Below, one piece after another: positions 1 through 13,368 of a stretch of DNA of 64,000 bases. The notes beneath the pieces are model-generated. The model worked only from the letters and a program-made list of their open reading frames with translations. It ran no database searches and had not been told where the DNA came from. Source of the stretch: Cetorhinus maximus (Eukaryota); NCBI RefSeq assembly GCF_964194155.1, contig NC_135901.1:23188001-23252000 (forward strand), in the 5' to 3' direction. Numbering within the stretch: the stretch's first letter is position 1; every line of letters begins with the position of its first letter. Both the position numbers and the translations under genes were made by a program.

Positions 1-397
1 TTACCCGTGGGCTTGGAGATAATCTACAGAGCAGACGTGAAACCTACACCACCTTCAAAACAAAACCAGAGTTAGTCCAAGCTCAGACATTGAGCTCCAG
101 TATGCCGATACCGGATTTCTATGTTAAATCCATCCAAATACGTTGATTCCATGACCGTTAATACTCTCTTGCCTCACAAACGTCTGGCAATCTGGGTTAT
201 TTATTTTCAATTATCTGAATCTCAACTGAATTCCAAATTTCCACTATATTTTCTGTGAAGTGATTTCTGACATTGTTCCTGAACAGCCGAGTCTCAGTTA
301 AACAAATAAATATCACTGATTTGTGCATTTAAATGGTAACAATTATTTTACGCTTAATTAGTTACGCAACAAAATTTTAAAAAACATAATAATTTTA

Positions 398-560
398 GTA
401 AAATAGTGTGAATGCTGGAATTCTGAAATAAAAACAGAAAGTTCTGGAAATCCTCAGCAGGTTTGGCAGCTTCTGTGAAGAGAGAGAAACAGATTTAACA
501 TTTCCAATCCAATATGATTCTTCTTCAGAACTGAGTATTTCCAGCATTCTGATTTCATTT
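398..560 (-). mobile_element. Penelope-derived short element (terminal-repeat fragment, partly inverted), degenerate hammerhead motif
   Basis: Matches the end of the Penelope element at 50982-51090. Minus strand reads AGTTCTGAAGAAGAATCATATTGGATTGGAAATGTT. Confidence 0.65.
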
Positions 561-699
561 TAAACACATAATTGATGTAAACTTTATTGTCCTTACAGGT
601 ATCTGGATGTAAATCTGATTTCAGACCTTCCTCTGAACAGTTTTCAAACTAACTCCAGCTCGTTGTCCATTCCTTCACTAAAGACCCGGATGGAAAACA

Positions 700-1150
700 C
701 TCAGCACAAGTTGGCGGCGGCTGGTTGCCCGGGTAACCCGGGCCTGTCACCGGGGAGGAAGCCCCGTCCTCACTCCTCTCTTCCCACATCAAGATGGCCG
801 CCTCTGCGCCTGGCTCCCTGAACAAGAGCCACCTTCCTCTCCCAAGATGGCGGCATCCGGTGAGCCCGGCTCCCAGTGCGCAGGTGCAGTGAGGGTGTGC
901 GCTCTGAGCATGCTCAGTGTCAGTCATGGTGACAGAGTGAGGAGGAGCGGACGGTGAGGGAGGAGATTGTGAGCACAGGGTAGGAATGGAAACCGCGGCT
1001 GGACTGGGAACTGGATCAACTTCTGGGGTAGGCCCCAGGCCCTAGGCCCCGTGTTTACCCCGCGGTGACAGGCCCGGGGGGAGGGAGCGATGGAGCCGCC
1101 GGCTGGACGGGGAGGATTTGGAAACACTTTGTGGATCCGCAAAGCGGCTG
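700..1150 (+). promoter_or_regulatory. CpG-rich promoter/first-exon region of the ZNF locus at 2.0-3.8 kb
   Basis: High CpG; YY1-like AAGATGGCCGC and AAGATGGCGGC; near-identical paralog of 885-1080 at 31007-31212. Confidence 0.6.
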
Positions 1151-1979
1151 CTCAGTTAGTGGTTAATGGAGATCAGAAACCCAGAGTCAGAGTGTCGAAC
1201 CCCACATTGGGTGGTTGTTTTATTAAATATCGTTATTTATTATTTATTTACTGAAGAATATGTTCATATATTTGTTTTAAAGTCATTTTATAGCATTTGT
1301 GAAAAGACCTATTAAAATACAATCCCCTGATGTATTTCTGATGAGAATTTGACTGACGAGGTTTTGAAGAACAGTCAATCCTAACATGATTGTGTTTTAA
1401 TTTACTCCCTAATACCAGATTTCAGCTTGTATTTCAAAACTTAATTTAGAATGTCAGTCCAGCAGCAAATGGTAAAATGAGATATAAGACACCAGTTGCA
1501 CTTGAAACCATCTCTGACTTTTCGTGTCCGACACTGTCCTTGTGCTGATGCAGGAAGTACTTCCTCTGGTGTTGTGGCACAAATAAATGCAGCCTCTCCC
1601 GGGAACAGGCCCATGTTGGTGGTCTTCATGTTTCAGCGGCGAGCAGAGCACGTGTGGTCATTGTGGTAATGCAACACAGAGTGGGTGGGACTTCAGGGGC
1701 CTGTGACCAGGAGAGAAAATTATTGACTCGTTGATTTTACTCTCACTCTGCACACAGGACAGAAAACTGAATTCAGCCAGTCTTGGGTGGGGGTGAGGGG
1801 AGCTTGGGGGGAAGCTCAGAGTGGAGACTTCAGATGGTGCAACAGGTTTGGATTCCAGCCTAGGGATGAGGGAGTGTGTGTGGGACAGGGATTTATAGCT
1901 CTGAGTAGATGAGAGGAAAAATGTTCCACAGAAACTAGAATTGTTTGTTCTGAATTAGTTTTGTAAATTCCTTTTCCAG

Positions 1980-3760
1980 GGTATTAGAAGAGGAGGATTT
2001 ACAGACAGGAAACTCAAACTAAACTTCACGTCAAGGTCTGACAGAGCCATTTGATTCATCACAACCTAAACAGGCAGCTCACCACCACCTTTTCAAGGGC
2101 AACTAAGGATGGACAATAAATATTGGCCCAGCCAGTGAAGCCCACATCCCGTGACCATGGAAGGAGAAATATTTCTCTCTTCTGTATGTGAAAGAAGATT
2201 TCAAAATTCAGTGTGACTGGAAAAGCACCAAGATACACACATATACCCGAGTCAGTGTGTTCCAGTGTAGTGACTGTGGAAAGAGGTTTAACCAGTTATT
2301 CTGCCTGAAAAAACATCACAGCAGGGTGAAATCATACACGTGTTCTGTGTGTGGCTGAGGCTTCAACTGATTGTCCAACCTGGAGAGACGCGAGGATGCC
2401 AGGTTCATGGAGAAACCGTGGAAATGTGAGGATTGTGGTAAAGGATTCAATTATCCATACCTGCTGGAAAACCATCGACGCAGTCACACTGGGGAGAGGC
2501 CATTCACCTGTTCAGTGTGTGGGAAGGGATTTACTCTGTCATCCCACCTACTTTTACACCAGCAAGTTCACACTGAGGAGAGACCTTTCAGCTGCACTTA
2601 CTGTGGAAAGAAGTTCTCGTGTTCCTCCAACCTCAATGCACATCAGCGAGTTAACATTGGGGAGAGACCATTCACCTGCTCCTTGTGTGGTAAGGATTTC
2701 ACTGGGCGAACCGGTCTTTTGTTACACCAGCGAATTCACACAGGGGAGAAGCCGTCCACCTGTTCCGTGTGTGGGAAGGGATTTACTTTGTCATCCAAAC
2801 TGCTCTCACACCAGAGAATCACACTGAGGAGAGGCCGTTCAGCTGCGCTTTCTGTGGAAAGAGGTTCAGATCTTCATCCAACCTCAATGCACACAAGCGA
2901 GTTCACACTGGGGAGAGGCCGTTCACCTGCTCTGTGTGTGGGAAGCAATTTACTAAATCATTCAGCTTTCTGTCACATCAGCGAATTCACACTGAGGAGA
3001 AGCCATTCAGCTGCACTCACTGTGGAATGAGTTTCAGGCAGTTATCAGCCCTCACTGCACATCAACGCGTTCACACTGGGGAGAGACCATTCACCTGCTC
3101 CGTATGTGGGAAAGGATTCATTCAATGCGGCAGCCTGAATTTACACCAACTCACTCACACTGGGGAGAGACCGTTCACCTGCTCTGTGTGTGGGAAGGGA
3201 TTCAAGCAGTCATCCCACCTGCTGACACACCAGTGAGTTCACACTGATGAGAGACCTTTTAAATGCCCAGACTGTGGGAAGTGCAATAAAAGTTCTGGGG
3301 AACTGATGTCCCATCAACGTGTTCACACTGATGAGAGACCGTTTAGGTGCTCTCACTGTGGGACTGGGTTCAAGCGATCATCTGAACGCATTGTGCACCA
3401 GCAACTTCACAGTGGGGAGAGGCTGTTCACCTGCTCCGAGTGTGGGAAGGGATTCACTCAGTCATCCCACCTGCTGACACATCAGCGAGTTCAAAACTGT
3501 CAAGAAACCTTTTAAATGTCCAGACTGTGGGAAGTGCTATAAAGGTTGCAGGGAACTGATGCACCATCAACGTGTTCAGACTGACGAGATACTGTTCAGG
3601 TGCTCTCACTGGGTTCAAGCAATCAGCTCCACTTATTGTATAGCAGTGAATTCACACTGGGGAGAGACCATTCACCTGCTCTGTGTGTGGGAAGAGATTC
3701 ACTCAGCCATCCCACCTGCTGACACACCAGTGAGTTCACAAGTAACGACTATGATTTTGT
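1980..3760 (+). pseudogene. C2H2 zinc-finger array gene, about 16 fingers, disrupted (at most a truncated ~5-finger product from ATG 2408)
   Basis: ORFs 2371-3030, 2769-3236 and 3306-3515 contain repeated CxxC..HxxxH with TGERP linkers. Frameshift near 2820; TGA at 3234, 3647 and 3731; family splice acceptor ttttccag at 1979. Confidence 0.85.
2073..2154 (+). mobile_element. 3' tail fragment of LINE family B inserted in the ZNF spacer region
   Basis: GGCAGCTCACCACCACCTTTTCAAGGGCAAC..CCCACATCCC matches the tail at 4620-4700. Confidence 0.7.
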
Positions 3761-3821
3761 TTTGCTGTTAACCACATCCAGGACTGAATCATGTTCATTG
3801 GGATCTGTTTTTATCTTCTTC

Positions 3822-4710
3822 AAAGGAAGATGGTTGTGGCTTTTGGAGGTCAATCATCTCAATCCCAGGACATCGCTGTAGGAGTTCCTCAGGGAAGTGT
3901 CCTGGGCCCAATCATCTTCAGCTGCTTCATGAATGACCTTCCCTCCATAAGGTCAGAAGTGGGGATGTTCACTGATGATTGCACAATGTTCAGTACCACT
4001 CATGACTCCTCAGATATTGAAGCAGTCGTGTCCAAATGCAGCAAGACCTGGACAACATTCAGACTTGGGCTGACACGGGGCAAGTTACTTTAGCTCCAAC
4101 AAGAGAATCTAACCATCTTCCATTAATGTTCAATGGCATTACCATCACTGAATCCTTCACTATTAACATCCTAGGGATTGCCATTGACCAGAAACTGAAC
4201 TGGAAAACCCCTAGATACAGTGTGGTGAAAAGAACAGGTTGAGATTGGGAATTCTGCAGCACGTTTCTTAGCTCCTGACTCTCCAAAGCCTCCCCAATAC
4301 CAAGAAGGCACAAGTCAGAAGTGTGATGGAATACTCTCCACTTGCCTGGATGAGTGTCGCTCTTGCACGGAGCAGCCCACTTGACTAGTGTCCAATCCAC
4401 CATGTTCAACATTCACTCGCTCCACAACCGATCCACAGTGACATCATCTACAAGGTGCGCTGCAGCAACTCACCTAGGCTCCTTCAACAGCTCCTTCCAA
4501 ACTTGCAAATCTACCACCTGGAAGGACAAGGGCAGCAGACACAAGAGAACACCACAACCTGCAAGTTCTCCTCCAAGCCAGTCACCATCTACACTACATG
4601 GACTACAGCGGTTCAAGGAGGTGGCTCACCACCACCTTCTCAAAGGCAGTTTTGGATGGGCAGTAAATGCTGACCTAGTCAGTGACATCCATACCTAATG
4701 AATGATGGAA
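3822..4710 (+). mobile_element. 5'-truncated non-LTR retrotransposon (CR1/L2-group, 'family B'), RT 3' half plus tail
   Basis: VPQGSVLGPIIFSCFMNDLP..MFTDDCTMF reverse-transcriptase motifs, frameshifted. Confidence 0.85.
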
Positions 4711-4728
4711 AGAGTATTGTTTTGTTGT

Positions 4729-4802
4729 CCTTCTCCTCTTCCTCCTCCTCCTCCTTCATCTCTTCCTCCTCCTCTTCCTCTTCCTCCTCCTCCTCCTCCT
4801 TC
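4729..4802 (+). repeat. (CCT/CTT)n polypyrimidine microsatellite
   Basis: About 75 nt of almost pure C/T trinucleotide repeats. Confidence 0.9.
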
Positions 4803-4887
4803 TGTAGACCTCTATGACTTGACTAAATCACTTTCAAACACAATATAAAATACCATTATGGCCACTCTTCCCTAGATGGCAATATTT

Positions 4888-7800
4888 AGAGTCATAGAGG
4901 TCTACAGCACTGAAGAAGGCCCTTTGGCCCATCGAGTCTGCGCCGGTCAAACAAGAACCAAACTATTCTAATTGCGTTTTCCAGCACTAGGCCCAGCCTT
5001 GTTTGCCATGGCATCGCAAGTGCACATCCAAATACTTCTTAAATGTTATGAGGGTTTCTGCCTCTATCACCCTTTCAGGCAGTGAGTTCCAGATTCCCAC
5101 CACCCTCTGGGTGAAAAAATTCTTCCTCACATCCCCTCTAAACCTCCTGCCCCTTCCCTTAAATCTATGCTCCCTGGTTAATGATCCCTCCATCAAGGGG
5201 AAAAGTTCCTTCCTGCCTTCCCTATTTATGCCCCTCATAATTTAATACACCTCAATCATGTCCCCCCTCAATTTCCTATGCTCCATGGAAAATAACCCCA
5301 GTCTACCCAATCTCTCCTCATAACTAAAACTCTCCAGCCCAGGCAACATCCTGGTAAATCACCTCTGCACTCTCTCTAGTGCAATCACATCCTTGCTATA
5401 ATGCGGATTCCAGAACTCCATGCAATACTCTAGCTGTGGCCGAACAGCATTTTATATAGTTCCAGCATAAGCTCCCTGCTCTTATATTCTATTCCTTGGC
5501 TAATAAAGGCCAGTATCCCATATGCCTTCTTAACCATCTTATCTACCTGTTCTGCTACCTTAAGGGACCGGTGGACATGCACACCAAGGCCCCTCTGATC
5601 CTCGGTACTTCCCAGGGTCAAATCATTCATTGTGTATTCCCATGTCTTTTTTGTCCTGCCCAAGTGCATCACCTCACACTTATCCAGATTAAATTCCATT
5701 TGCCATTGATCAGCCCATCTGACCAGCCTGTCTATATCCTCCTGTAATCTCAGGCTATCCTCCTCACTATTTACCACCCCACCAATTTTTGTGTCACCTG
5801 CGAACTTATTGATCAATCCTCCTAAATTCAAGTCTAAATCGTTCATATACACCGCAAACTGCAAGGGACCCAACACTGATCCCTGTGGAACCCCACTGGA
5901 CACAGGCACCCAGTCACAAAAACACCCCTCAACCATCACCCTCTGCTTCCTGCCACTCAGCCAATTCTGGATCCAATTTGCCAAACTGCCTTGGATCCCA
6001 TGGGCTCTTACCTTCATTATCAGTCTCCCATGCGGGACCTTATCAAATGCCTTCCTGAAGTCCAAGTAAACTACCTCAAATGCATTGCCCTCATCTACAC
6101 TCCTGGTCACCTCTTCGAAAAATTCAATCAAATTCGTAAGACATGACCTCCCCTTAACAAAACCATGCTGACTGTCCTTGATTAATCCCTGCCTCTCCAA
6201 GTGTAGATTAACTCTGACCTTCAGAATTGCTTCCAATAGTTTCCCCACCACTGAGGTTAGACTGACTGGCCTGTAGTTCCCTGGTTTATCCATTCCTCCC
6301 TTCTTGAATAACGGCACCACCTTGGCTGTCCACCAGTCCTCTGGCACATCTCCTGTGGCCAGAGGGGTATTGAAACTTATTGCCAGCGCCCCTGCCATCT
6401 CCTCCCTTGCCTCACTCAACAGTCTGGAATACATTCCATCCAGGCCCAGAAATTTATCTACTTTTAAGCCTGCCAGACCATTTAGAACCTCCTCCATTTC
6501 TATGCTAGTTTCTTCAATTATATCATAGTCCTCCTGCCTGATTTTCATACTCACGTCGTCCCTCTCACTTGTGAACACCGACACAAAGTATTAATTTAGA
6601 ACTCTACCTACATCTTCCGGCTCCACACACAAACTGCCACTATGGTCCTTAATGGGCCCTACTCTTTCCATAGTTATCCTCTTACTCTTCATGTACTTGT
6701 AAAATAACTTTGAATTTTCCTTTATTTTACCTGCCGATGTTTTCTCATGTCCCCTTTTTGCTCTCTAATTTCCTTTTTAAGTTCCTCCCTACACATTCTA
6801 TGTTCCTGTAGGGCTTCTGCTGTTTTGAGCCCTCAGTATCTGCCATAAGCCTCCCTCTTTCTCTTTATCTAATCCTGTATATCCCTCAACATCCAGGGTT
6901 CCCTGAACTTGCTGGTACCACCATCTTTCTGGAATATGTTGGCCCTGTACTCTCCCTATTGCCTTCTTGAATGAGTCCCACTGCTCTGACGCAGATTTAC
7001 CTAAAAGTAGCTGCTCCCAGTCCACTCTGGCCAAATCATATCTGATCTTATTAAAATTGGTCTTCCCCCAATTTTGAACTCTGATTTCTGGCCCATCCTT
7101 GCCCTTTTCCATAACAACCTTTAACCTAACGGAGTTATGATCACTATCTGCAAAACGCTCCCCCACTGATACCTCTACCATTTGCCCGCCTTCTCTCTTG
7201 TAGGACCTTCTACGTATTGGCTTAATAAGCTCTCCTGGATGCATTTTAAGAATTCCGCTCCCTCTAAACCTATCACAACCATGACTAACCCAGTTAATGC
7301 TGAGGAAGTTGAAATCGCCCACTTTTACTACCCTATTATTTTTACACTTCTCTGGAATTTGCCTACACATCTGCTCTTCTATTTCTCTCTGACTGTTTGG
7401 GGTCTGATTGCTGTGATTGCTCCTTTTTTGTTTTTCTGTTCTACCCATGTGGATTCACTTGAGGAGCCTTCTAAGATGTCATCTCTCCTTATTGCTATAA
7501 TTGATTTCTTGATCAATATTGCAATACCCCCTCCTCTCTTATCTCCTTCTCTGTCTTGCCTGAAGACCCTATATCCTGGAATATTGAGCTGCCTATCCTG
7601 GAATATTGAGCTGCCGATCCTGCCCCTCTATCAACCACATCTCTGTGACAGCAATGACATCATACTTCCATGTGTTAATTTGTGCCCTCAACTCATCTGC
7701 CTTATTCATAAGACTCCTTGCATTAAAATAAAAACCATCCAACCTTGCCGAACTCCCTTGTGCCTTAACTGGCCTATAATTTCTATGCCTTCCAGACTCA

Positions 7801-8385
7801 CTTGCTCTCCCTTCTAATTTTGGCTGTGCATCTCCCCCTGCTGAACTTCCTCTAAGGATCGCATCTCCCTGCTAAGTTCTTTTAAACCCTCCCCAACAGC
7901 ACGAGCAAAGCTCCCCACAAGGATGTTGGTCCCATTCCGGTTCAGATGCAACCCGTCCACCTTGTACACGTTCCACCAGAAACGGTTCCAGTGTCCCAGA
8001 AATCTAAAGCCCTCTCTCCAGCCACACATTCATCTGGACTAACCTCCTATTTCTATACTCACTAGTGCATGGCACTGGAAGTAATCCAGAGATTACTGCC
8101 TTTGAGGTCCTGTTTTTTAATCTGCTACCTAGCTCCCTAAATTCTGCTTGCAGGATCTCTCTTTCTACCTATGTCATTTGTCCCAATATGTACCACGATC
8201 TGTCTGTTTGCCCTCTCCCTTTCGAATGCCCTGCACCGCTCAGTGACATCCTTGACCCTGGCACCAAGGAGGCAACATACCATCCTGGAGTCACATCTAC
8301 GGCCGCAGAAACGCCTGTCTGTTCCCCTTACTATTGAGTCTCCTACCACTATTGCTCTTCACCTCTTTTTCCTCCCCCTCGTGCA
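4888..8385 (-). mobile_element. CR1 LINE, near full-length and decayed (ORF1 esterase, ORF2 APE endonuclease + RT)
   Basis: ORF 5430-6584 is RT (NYRPVSLTS, YLDFRKAFDKV, VPQGSVLGP). 6798-7448 is APE (GDFN, SDH). 8137-8349 is SGNH esterase (VGDSIVRG, HIGTND). Confidence 0.95.
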
Positions 8386-8929
8386 GTTGAGCACTGGACC
8401 CTTGGACATTTGTTGGTTGATTTCCTTCTCCGCCGTTGCATTCAGAGCAAAATGAGTCACCAGTGGAAACCACTGCTTGCCTTGCTCTAATAAGAGATTT
8501 GGATGTACAATTACTGCATGTCTGGCCAGCTCAACCAGTAAAGCAAAACTTTGCTGCTTTAATGCGTTAAGCCCAACTCTCCATTTCTGTGGCAGTAACA
8601 TCACTCTGAAACTGAGCTTTTCTCCTGCACGCTTTTGTTAATATCAATATTTCTGCTTTATGAGTGAAAACTCTCCTCTGCTTCACTGGAAGCACAAGAC
8701 ATGTTTGTAGCTGAGGCCGAATGTATAATGAATGATAAAACTTTAAAACAAGAAGTTCCAGTCAAGCCCCTATATCAACAAAACTGCTCTGAGTCACAGA
8801 ATTAGAATGGCCACTTCCTGGGGGACCAACAGCAGCTGGTGAACATTAAACCTGATCCAGAGTGGAATGATCTGATACATCAGATTGGGGACAGGATTCG
8901 GGAGCTCCCCTTGAACATTATTCACATCA

Positions 8930-10300
8930 AAATGAGCGAGGAGGAAGGATTGGATACAATGGGTTTGTATTCTTTGGAACAGGGAAGGCTCAGGGGAAAT
9001 TTAATTGTGGTGCATTAAAATTGTGAGGGACATAGATACAGTGGATAGGGAGAACTTATTTCTGTGAGCAATGAGATCAATAACCAGGGGCTTAGATTTA
9101 GGAAGAAAGAAATCCTCACATTTATGTAGCACCTTCCACCACCCCTGGAATCCCAAAACACTTTACAGTCAGTGAAGTTCTTGTTGTAAAGTAGGAAACG
9201 CAGCAAACTCTCACAAGCAGCAACATAATAATGACCAAATCATCTGTTCTTGTGATGTTGGTTGAGGAATAAATATTGGCCTGAGCGCAGAACCCTGTTC
9301 ATTGTCAAAATTAGTGATCTTTTACATCCATCTTAAATAGCAGAGGGGGCCTCAGCTTAACATCTTATGGCATAAATGGCAGCACCTCCAATGGTGACAC
9401 ACACACACTCAGTATTCTGCCAGCCCAGATTGCTGTGCTCATGTCCTGCAATCAGATTTTGAACTCATAACGTACTGACTTAGAGGTGAGAGTGTCTGAC
9501 CCACGGTTGACTAATCAATCCAAATTATCCTAATTGGTGGATGGATTAGAGCAGAGTTGTGGAGTAATTTATTTCTCATGGGGGGGGATGGGGGTGGGGA
9601 CCTGGGAATCACTGCTTGAGCTGGTGGTGGAGGCAAAATCCTCCTTTGAATTAAAGAAAGGAGCACTTGGGAAAAACACCTGAGGCGCCACAATCTTCAG
9701 AAGAGCTAAAACGTGGGATTAGACCAGATTGTTCTGTTTCTGCTGGCATGGACACTATGGATGGAATGGTCTCCTCCTGGCCCGTAAATACTTCTATCTT
9801 TAAATCATAGAATCTTGACAGCACAGAAGAAGGCCATTCGGCTCATCGTGTCTCTGCTGGCTCTCCTAAGGAGTAATTTATGTCCTGCCACTCCCCCACC
9901 CTCTCCCCACATCCCTGCACATTCCTGCCTTTGAGGTGTTTAGAAAATTCAGAAATTGTAGAAATGTTTATGGCACAGAAGGAGGCCACCCGGCCCACCG
10001 TGTCTGTGCCAGATGGAAAACGAGTCACCCAGCCCAATCTCATTTTCCAGCTTGGTCCATAGCCCTGGAGGGTAAGGGACTTCAGGTGCATATCCAGACC
10101 CCCTGGTTTCTGCCTCTCCTCCCCTTTCAGACAGGGAGTTCCAGACCCTTTGCAGCCTCTGGCTGATTTCCCCCCCCCCCCCCCCCCCCACCAAATCTCT
10201 AATCCTTCCAACAATCACTTTAAATCTATGCCCCCCTCCACCACCACCCCTACCCCGCCCTCTAGTCACTGACCTCTCTCCTAAGGAAATAGTTTACATT
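8930..10300. mobile_element. Cluster of short CR1 3'-end fragments in both orientations
   Basis: 8930-9100 and 9540-9800 (+), 9805-10290 (-) resemble the CR1 3' end at 4888-5330. Confidence 0.7.
9105..9510 (-). mobile_element. Deu-domain SINE (SacSINE1/AmnSINE-like), decayed
   Basis: Reverse complement aligns by eye to the copy at 22941-23392, including the L2-type tail. Confidence 0.65.
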
Positions 10301-10599
10301 TCAGGTCTATGATCTTTTATCAGAAATGTTATCAGAAGTGACCTCAAACATTAACTCCATTTCTCAAACTACAGATGCTGCCAGATATGCTCAGCATTTT
10401 GTCTTTTTACCTCCAGTTAAAGAAGTTGCTCCCAAATTGCACATTAGATTTATTGCTGTCTAACTTATAATTATTATCATATTTCCACCATTCTGGGCTT
10501 TTAATTCAGATTCCAAGAATCTACATTGTTTTGCTTTTCTTTAACTGTGGAGTGCTGAGAATGTGGAGCTCATTACCAGAAGTGTTTGAGATCTCCATG

Positions 10600-10945
10600 T
10601 GAGCTGGAAACTAATGGGTCAATTCCCACCAAGAAAAGATCATTCACCAGCTGAAATTGGAAAGGGATTCATTCGGTGAATCCATTTACTTAGAGTGCAT
10701 TCAACACAGCAGGGAGACCATTCAGGTTCCACACGTGTGTGAAGGAATTTACTGAGTTTCCCCATATGTTAACATTCCAGCCTTAGAAGTTTAAAGAATT
10801 TGATTCACAATTGGTGGCTTCTTATTGGCGAGGGGCAGTTGAACTGTTCTGTATATGGTTGAAACAAATATTTGTTCACTCCACCTGCTGAGACTCCAGT
10901 GAGTTCACATCTGATTGTAGGGGTTTGTTCTGCTGTTCACAGAAT
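10600..10945 (+). pseudogene. Fossil ZNF fragment with family 3' UTR start
   Basis: Decayed GGAAAGGGATTCA / GGGAGACCATTCA / CACCTGCTGAGACTCCAGTGAGTTCAC finger and linker sequences. Confidence 0.65.
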
Positions 10946-11240
10946 TGTTTAGGTGACGAAGGAGGCAATTTGGCCCATCGTCTCTGCACCAGTTCTCCCA
11001 ATGAGTAAATGACCGAGTGCCACTCCCCCTCCTTCTCTATGTAACCCTGCACATTCTTTCTTTTCAGATAACAGTCTAATTCCCTTTTGAACGCCTAGAT
11101 TGAACCTGCATCCACCACGCTGTCAGGCAGTGCATTCCAGGCCCTAACTACACGCTGCATGAAAAAGGTTTTTCCTCATATCACTTTTGCTTTATTTACC
11201 AATTACTTTAAAACTGTGCTCTCTCGCTCTCGACCCTTTC
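10945..11240 (-). mobile_element. CR1 3' fragment
   Basis: Aligns with 43040-43340. Confidence 0.75.
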
Positions 11241-11369
11241 AATCACACTCAGCACAGAACTATGGTGGAGAGCCCGTGCACTTTGGTTGCTGCATTTGTG
11301 ATTTTATATCTTGTCCTTATGGCTCCAATCGAAATCGGACCACAAAACATAATTTTCGATACACAAATG

Positions 11370-11800
11370 GCGTGGCTCTAACCCAGCATTCGCCGCGTTG
11401 CAGAATGTGCCTTATCAGCAGAGCAGGAGCTCTGCGCAGGGGCAATGCTCAGTTGCGACTGGAGCATGCGCCTTGCGAGTTGTGTCAGGGGCAGGTGCAT
11501 TGCTGGAGCTGGACTGAGCGGTTAAATAACCACGAGCAGTTGGGTAATCGAGCCGCTGGGTAAACGGGGAGCAGTAGAACCAGTGGGATGATCTGAAAAA
11601 CTTCATAAGCACCCCGTGGAAGCTTCAAACCCTGAATGAGCAGGGCCGCGCTTGTAGCTGTGCGGCTTTTCCTGAGGTCAGGCCCAGGTAACCGCCGCCA
11701 TTTTTATAGGAGCAATGAGAATCAGGGTGCATGCTCGACTATAATCATACGGGACACTGCGCATCAGGGCGCATGCGCAGAGATCAGGAAGAGAGAATGT
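11370..11800 (+). promoter_or_regulatory. Type-A ZNF promoter (ZNF143/SBS-like, YY1 and NRF1 motifs)
   Basis: AACCCAGCATTCGCCGCG at 11380-11397, GCCGCCATTTT ~11695, GCGCATGCGCA ~11770; splice acceptor at ~11853. Confidence 0.7.
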
Positions 11801-12189
11801 TTTGAATTTCAATCCTGGACTGACAGCGATAACTTCTGTAAACTCCTTTTACAGGTGGTTAGGAGTTCCAGACGGGAAAGTCATAACAAACATCATGTCA
11901 AGATCTGACAGTCACTTAATTCACCAGGACCTGAATATCATTGGCCTTTGAATGTGGAAGGTGAAGTATTTGCTCTGTGGGAGAAGATTTCAAACATCAG
12001 TGTGACTGGAAAAGCACCAAGGCACACACACCTGAGTGAGAGTGTTCCAGTATACTGGCTGTGGAAAGAGCTTTAACCACTTACACAGCCTGAAAAACAT
12101 ATTGAACCATTCACTTTGGGGAGACACTGTACTGGTGGATGAGGCTTCCACTGATCATTCAACCTGGAGAGATACATGGACACTACACC

Positions 12190-12918
12190 ATGGAGAAACC
12201 ATTGAAATGTGGGGACTGTGGGAAAGGATTCACTTTCCCATCCCAGCTGGAAACTCATCAACGCATCCACACTGGGGTGAGGCCATTCACCTGCTCTGTG
12301 TGTTGGAAGGGATTCACTCGCTCATCCAACCTAGCATTACACCAGCGGGTTCACACTGGGGAAAGGCCTTTTACCTGCTCTGTGTGTGGGAAGGGATTCA
12401 TTAATTCATCCAACCTAGTGTCACACCAGCGAGTTCATACTGAGGAGAAACCATTCAGCTGCACTTCCTGTGGAATGAGCTTCAGACTTTCATCCACCCT
12501 GCAGCAACACCAGCGAGTTCACACTGAGGAGAAACCATTCAGCTGCACTGACTGTGAAAAGAGCTTCAGGCATTCTAGCAGCTTCATTGTACACCAGCGA
12601 GTTCACACCGGGGAGAGGCCGTTCACCTGCTCCATGTGTGGGAAAGGATTCACTCAGTCATCCAATCTAGCATTACACAAGCGAGTTCATACTGGGGAGA
12701 GACCGTTCACCTGCTCCATTTGTGGGAAGGGATTCACTGATTCATGCCAATTGCTGAGACACGAACGAGTTCACACTGGAGAGAGACCGTTTACCTGCTC
12801 CAAGTGTGGGAAGGGATTTCCTGATTCATCCCAATTGCTGAGACACCAGCGAATTCACAAGTCACTGCAGGAGTTGGGTTCTGCTGTTATGGACACTGTT
12901 AATTCCAACCAGGCCTGA
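12190..12918 (+). CDS. C2H2 zinc-finger protein, 8 tandem fingers, 242 aa
   Basis: Uninterrupted ORF. ACC-ATG-G start ([10 protein letters not shown]), canonical linkers, family 3' UTR follows. Confidence 0.85.
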   Translation: MEKPLKCGDCGKGFTFPSQLETHQRIHTGVRPFTCSVCWKGFTRSSNLALHQRVHTGERPFTCSVCGKGFINSSNLVSHQRVHTEEKPFSCTSCGMSFRLSSTLQQHQRVHTEEKPFSCTDCEKSFRHSSSFIVHQRVHTGERPFTCSMCGKGFTQSSNLALHKRVHTGERPFTCSICGKGFTDSCQLLRHERVHTGERPFTCSKCGKGFPDSSQLLRHQRIHKSLQELGSAVMDTVNSNQA

Positions 12919-13368
12919 ATCATGATCATACTGATTGGTCAGGCTTGTTTCTTCTCATAAACTCCAGCCTAGATACAGGGATTATTAATATTCTGTATCT
13001 ATAGCTGATTGTGTTTTCAGGGCTGCACTGTCCCTTTAAGAACCACTGTCTGTGATCCTTCCCCATAATTCAGGAACTCTCTTCAGAAATTAGTTTACAA
13101 CAAGATCACGAACTTTTACTTCAATCCTAAATTAATCTTTGGTACAAACTCTACAATTCAGTGTCTGAAAGGTCCACTGATTAACATTCCTGATTAGAAA
13201 GTGCTGATTAATCCTTGTTGACAATTCTTACTGACTTGCACATTACAAACAGTGACACCTCCATTATCCAGCAGAAAGAAGGGGAATGGGATTTGGTGGA
13301 GAATCGAGAGTCCCCAAATTTACCCCATCCCATCTGGTAAAGTCAAAGTAACAAGCCAGGTAACGGAC

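Noticed and set aside
1150-1970. KRAB or other effector exon upstream of the ZNF arrays
   Set aside because: No KRAB-A, SCAN or BTB-like translation seen here or in the other introns; by-eye absence is not proof.
3234-3236. Selenocysteine or programmed read-through at in-frame TGA codons
   Set aside because: The TGA replaces an Arg CGA rather than a Cys, co-occurs with frameshifts, and I could identify no SECIS; CpG decay explains it.
7182-7817. Long plus-strand ORFs opposite LINE and Penelope ORFs
   Set aside because: Antisense shadows of retroelement coding sequence.
8359-8604. Protein-like minus-strand ORF next to the CR1 5' end
   Set aside because: No recognisable motif, no convincing splice sites and no second copy; cannot be supported without a search.
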